Shown piece after piece: positions 57,740-64,000 of a stretch of 64,000 nucleotides of DNA. The notes under the pieces are model-generated. The model searched no databases. It was not told the DNA's origin and worked only from the letters and a program-made list of their open reading frames with translations. The DNA lies in the NCBI GenBank assembly GCA_963753345.1, contig CAVWBU010000024.1:32001-96000 (forward strand). The letters run 5' to 3'. Every line of letters begins with the position of its first letter. The stretch's first letter is position 1. Position numbers and translations under genes: made by a program. Source of the stretch: an uncultured Fibrobacterota bacterium. Lineage in GTDB: Bacteria > Fibrobacterota > Chitinivibrionia > Chitinivibrionales > FEN-1185.

Positions 57740-58451
57740 TTATTTCTCTATCGACCCGCTGATGGATATTTCCGGTTTGTCAGGATGGTCGGTGGTGATC
57801 ACGAACTGTCCGGCAATGCGCTCCTTCACCGCGGGCGCGGCGAGTTCGAGCCCAAACACCCGGTAGCCGTCGGGCCGCGTGGCGCCGGCGGTCCATTTGA
57901 ACGGGATCGGCAGCGGGAGATTCGTCTGCCAGAGGGTCGCGGTCGGCGATGATGTTCCGGAGGTCAACCCCACGGCGGTGACGTGGAGGTCTTTCTTTGC
58001 GCATGCGAACACGATCGATCGGGGCTTATGCTGCTGGAGCGTTATGTATAGTTCCGACACCTCGATGATCGGCTTTATCGCGGCGGTGATGGTGAGCTGC
58101 ATCGAGCCGTTGTTCGCGGCATTGGACTTGACGGTAATGTACTTTGACAAGGGGCCGGCGTGGAAACCGGCAAGGTTGACCGTGGCGAGGATCACGCTGG
58201 ATTTTCCCGGCAAAACCAGGGTGTCGAACTTGACCACCGTGCATCCGCAGCCCGGGCGGACGTTTTCGATTTCAAGCGGCGCGTCGCCGGTGTTTTTGAT
58301 GGTGAACTGCGCATGGAGCTGGTCGGTTTTTCCTTCGAAAACGGTGCCGCAGTCAACGGAAGACTTGTCGGCTTCTATCGTGGGACCGGCAAAAGCGCAG
58401 GAGAGTGAAATGACAATGACATGAAGAAACCAGGCGGGAAATACGAAACAT
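57740..58451 (-). pseudogene. DUF1573 domain protein, with apparent +1 frameshift in the signal peptide
   Basis: FTIKNTGDAPLEIENVRPGCGCT motif upstream of the listed ORF start; ATG 58451 with GAGGT RBS is out of frame by one base near 58427. Confidence 0.75.
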
Positions 58452-58469
58452 TGAGACCTCAGCTTTCAT

Positions 58470-61577
<3,108 letters not shown>

Positions 61578-61833
61578 TCGCAGTGTAAACGGGTTCAAGG
61601 GAGTGCTCGAGGCGTTCAGGATTCCCTTAAGTGAAGTGAACTAATGATGAAGGCTGGACATTGATTGATTTTTTGAACGGGCTGCGGTGGTTTTTTCTAT
61701 CGCAGCCATTATATTTTACGTCACCGCGCTCCCGTGATCGCGGCAGACACGGACGTCAAGGTTTTTTCATGCCTGAGAATAATCCAGCATGCCAAGACGT
61801 AATCCGGGTTCACGAGGGGGAAGTCCCGTAACC

Positions 61834-62136
61834 ATGACAATCTTTCGACATCAAAGCCTTTTCCGCATTTTTTCCGTCGTCGTCATCGCCGAGATGATTG
61901 CGATCGGCGGAATAATTGCGCCTCTGCACCATCACGACGATTTAAAGGACCACGACGATTGCCAGCTCTGCCTCGTTTCGCATCAGCCGGCCACCGATTC
62001 CCCTATTGTCCAGATCGCTCCGTCCGTCGCCGTAATCATCGATTATTATTCCGTGCCAAAGTCTCTTGTAAGACAATATGCTCAGTCATTCTTCTCCTCC
62101 CGCGCCCCGCCTTCCCTGCTCTGTTCCATCAGCTGA
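61834..62136 (+). CDS. DUF2946-like leader ORF (His-rich, CxxC, C-terminal RAPP)
   Basis: Hydrophobic N-terminus, LHHHDDLKDHDDCQLC and SSRAPP near the C-terminus, immediately upstream of metal-uptake genes. Confidence 0.7.
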   Translation: MTIFRHQSLFRIFSVVVIAEMIAIGGIIAPLHHHDDLKDHDDCQLCLVSHQPATDSPIVQIAPSVAVIIDYYSVPKSLVRQYAQSFFSSRAPPSLLCSIS

Positions 62137-62233
62137 TTCTTATTGGCAAGCGCCATCCGGTCGTTTGAATGTTTGTGCCGTGACGACCGAGCAGTGCGTC
62201 TTCTTTAGCAACAACAGATCCAGGGAGTTCACC

Positions 62234-63292
62234 ATGATTGAAAAAACATCTCGTGTAACGGCGCTTATCATTGCATCATTGCTGTCCTATGCCTGCGGAG
62301 GCGTCACCAATCCCGATATTTCCGCCATCGGCCAGGTGATCGGGAAATATACCAATGATACCTCCTCCGCGTTTTCCAAGAAGCCGACGCTTGAGCTCGG
62401 CGAAGTCGAGCTTATGCTTGACGCCGCGCTCAATCCCTATTTGACCGGCGCGTTCGTGTTGTCGCTCGGAACAAAGTCCATTGAGATCGAAGAGGCATAT
62501 GCCTCGGTGATCCGGGGATTGCCGCTCAATCTCGGCCTAAAGGCGGGGAAATACAGGTTGGGCTTTGGAAGGCTCAACCCGGCGCATCCGCATGCATATC
62601 CGTTCATCAGCACGCCGCATGTCATGGATCCGGGCATTGCCAAGCTGCTTCCGGGCGATGAGAGCTTTAATGACGTGGCGGTGCAGGCGTCGACATTGAT
62701 ACCCGTTGTCGGGAGCTGGGCCATTTCCATTTCCGGCGACCTGCTGCAGGGAGACTCGTTTCATCCCGACACCGTCACCGCAAATTTTGGCGGGCTCGGC
62801 AGGATTGTCAATTCATTCGTGATCGCGGACATGGTTCCTTCGGAGATCGGTTTTTCCCTGACGCAGGGAACGAACGATCCCCGGCAGGGAACAAAAACGC
62901 TTGTCGCCGGCGCCGATGTAAAGACAAAACTTGCGCTGTCTCCTGTTGTCAATGCAATCGTGCAGGGCGAATTGCTCTATAAGAATGCCGGCCACAGGGA
63001 TTCTCTCGGCATCTTCAGCACCGAAAATCGCATGGGATTCTATGCATTCACCGATTTCCGGTTCCAGGCCCATTACAATGCCGGTATTTTGTACGAGCAA
63101 TATCAGTCGCCAAACAATGCGGCCCAAACGGATCGCGGCATAAAACCCTTTGTGGGATTTGCCGTTCTTGAAGAAAGCACCCTTGTACGGTTGGCCTACG
63201 AGTACTTCATGCCTCAGTCGGAAAAGGCGTCGAGCACCGTGGAGCTGCAATTCCTTTTCAGCATGGGACCGCACAAGGCGCACCTGTTTTGA
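62234..63292 (+). CDS. Outer-membrane beta-barrel protein associated with metal uptake
   Basis: TNPDISAIG, IEEAY, GRLNPAHPH and C-terminal GPHKAHLF motifs; GGGAG RBS. Confidence 0.75.
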   Translation: MIEKTSRVTALIIASLLSYACGGVTNPDISAIGQVIGKYTNDTSSAFSKKPTLELGEVELMLDAALNPYLTGAFVLSLGTKSIEIEEAYASVIRGLPLNLGLKAGKYRLGFGRLNPAHPHAYPFISTPHVMDPGIAKLLPGDESFNDVAVQASTLIPVVGSWAISISGDLLQGDSFHPDTVTANFGGLGRIVNSFVIADMVPSEIGFSLTQGTNDPRQGTKTLVAGADVKTKLALSPVVNAIVQGELLYKNAGHRDSLGIFSTENRMGFYAFTDFRFQAHYNAGILYEQYQSPNNAAQTDRGIKPFVGFAVLEESTLVRLAYEYFMPQSEKASSTVELQFLFSMGPHKAHLF

Positions 63293-63373
63293 CCAGGATT
63301 TTCAGGATTGGAAAGATTGCCCGGATCAAAAAAGGGAAGAAGACTTTTGATGATTAACAAAGGAGAACAAACC

Positions 63374-64000
63374 ATGGGAGCGCAATTAAGGATTGTGTAT
63401 GCAGGGATCCTCGTTTTGTTTCTATTGGCGACAGCGCCGACATCGGCGGCGATACGCATCGTGGCCGCGCTGCCGGATCTGGGTTCGATTGCGTCGTACA
63501 TCGGCGGCGACAACGTGGAAGTCTCGGCGATCGCCAAGGCGTCGTCCAACCCCCATTCTGTTGAGGTCTTCCCCTCGTACATGGCCAAAGTCTCGAAAGC
63601 GTCGGTATACCTGAAATGCGGACTAGGGCTTGACCAGTGGTCTGATGCGATCATCGACGGATCGCGAAATAACAAGATCATAACCGTGGATTGTTCAAAT
63701 GGAATTTCCGTTCTTGAGAAACCCACAGGCAAGGTCGATGCGTCTCTGGGAGACGTGCACCCCTTCGGCAATCCGCATTACTGGCTCAATCCGGAAAACG
63801 GCATCATCATCGCTCAAAACATTTTGGCGGAACTCCAGAAGATCGATCCGGCAAACGCCGCTGTGTATTCCGCACATTTCGAACAGTTCAAAAAGGAATG
63901 TCTTGACAAGACAGAAGCATGGAAGACAAGGCTGAAATTGCTCAACGGAGCAAAGATCATAACCTATCATTCTTCCTGGGCGTATTGGGCCGACGCTTTC
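63374..64000 (+). CDS. Metal ABC transporter substrate-binding protein (ZnuA/TroA family), truncated by the window end
   Basis: Read directly from the sequence: SNPHSV, GDVHPFGNPHYWLNP and TYHSSWAY; AGGAGA RBS. Confidence 0.9.
   Translation, partial: MGAQLRIVYAGILVLFLLATAPTSAAIRIVAALPDLGSIASYIGGDNVEVSAIAKASSNPHSVEVFPSYMAKVSKASVYLKCGLGLDQWSDAIIDGSRNNKIITVDCSNGISVLEKPTGKVDASLGDVHPFGNPHYWLNPENGIIIAQNILAELQKIDPANAAVYSAHFEQFKKECLDKTEAWKTRLKLLNGAKIITYHSSWAYWADAF

Overview
GC-rich bacterial chromosomal window, probably Fibrobacterota (Chitinivibrionia-like). That placement is inferred from a TIGR02147-like HTH protein and several secreted proteins with T9SS-like C-terminal domains. Housekeeping genes (rpe, pgsA-like, pgi, cyclophilin, hom, thrC, apgM-like, WcaJ-like, nikR, katG) alternate with accessory blocks. 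Two features stand out. (1) A five-gene minus-strand lipid/polyketide-like operon (13854-21936) is led by a cobalamin-type radical SAM enzyme fused to an active ketosynthase and an inactive CLF-like ketosynthase. It is followed by a second KS-KS(inactive) fusion, an ACP, a GcvT-like folate enzyme and a GNAT-like protein. (2) A family of dispersed, highly structured intergenic elements is built from two modules, A (8 copies) and B (6 copies plus 1 degenerate). The modules form five composite ~370-480 bp units with a fixed inverted arrangement, structure-preserving hairpin swaps and GNA-triloop/tandem-GA hairpins suggestive of ssDNA structure. Also present: an AT-rich type II-like R-M pair, an AT-rich HEPN plus MuF-motif island, a PTS-EIIA-diadenylate cyclase fusion, a degenerate AnmK, a His-rich CxxC/RAPP leader ORF ahead of a metal-uptake operon, several other REP-like palindromes, and at least six single-base frameshifts that are probably assembly errors. 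No rRNA, tRNA, CRISPR array, integrase or transposase was seen. All family calls come from motif recognition by eye, not database searches.
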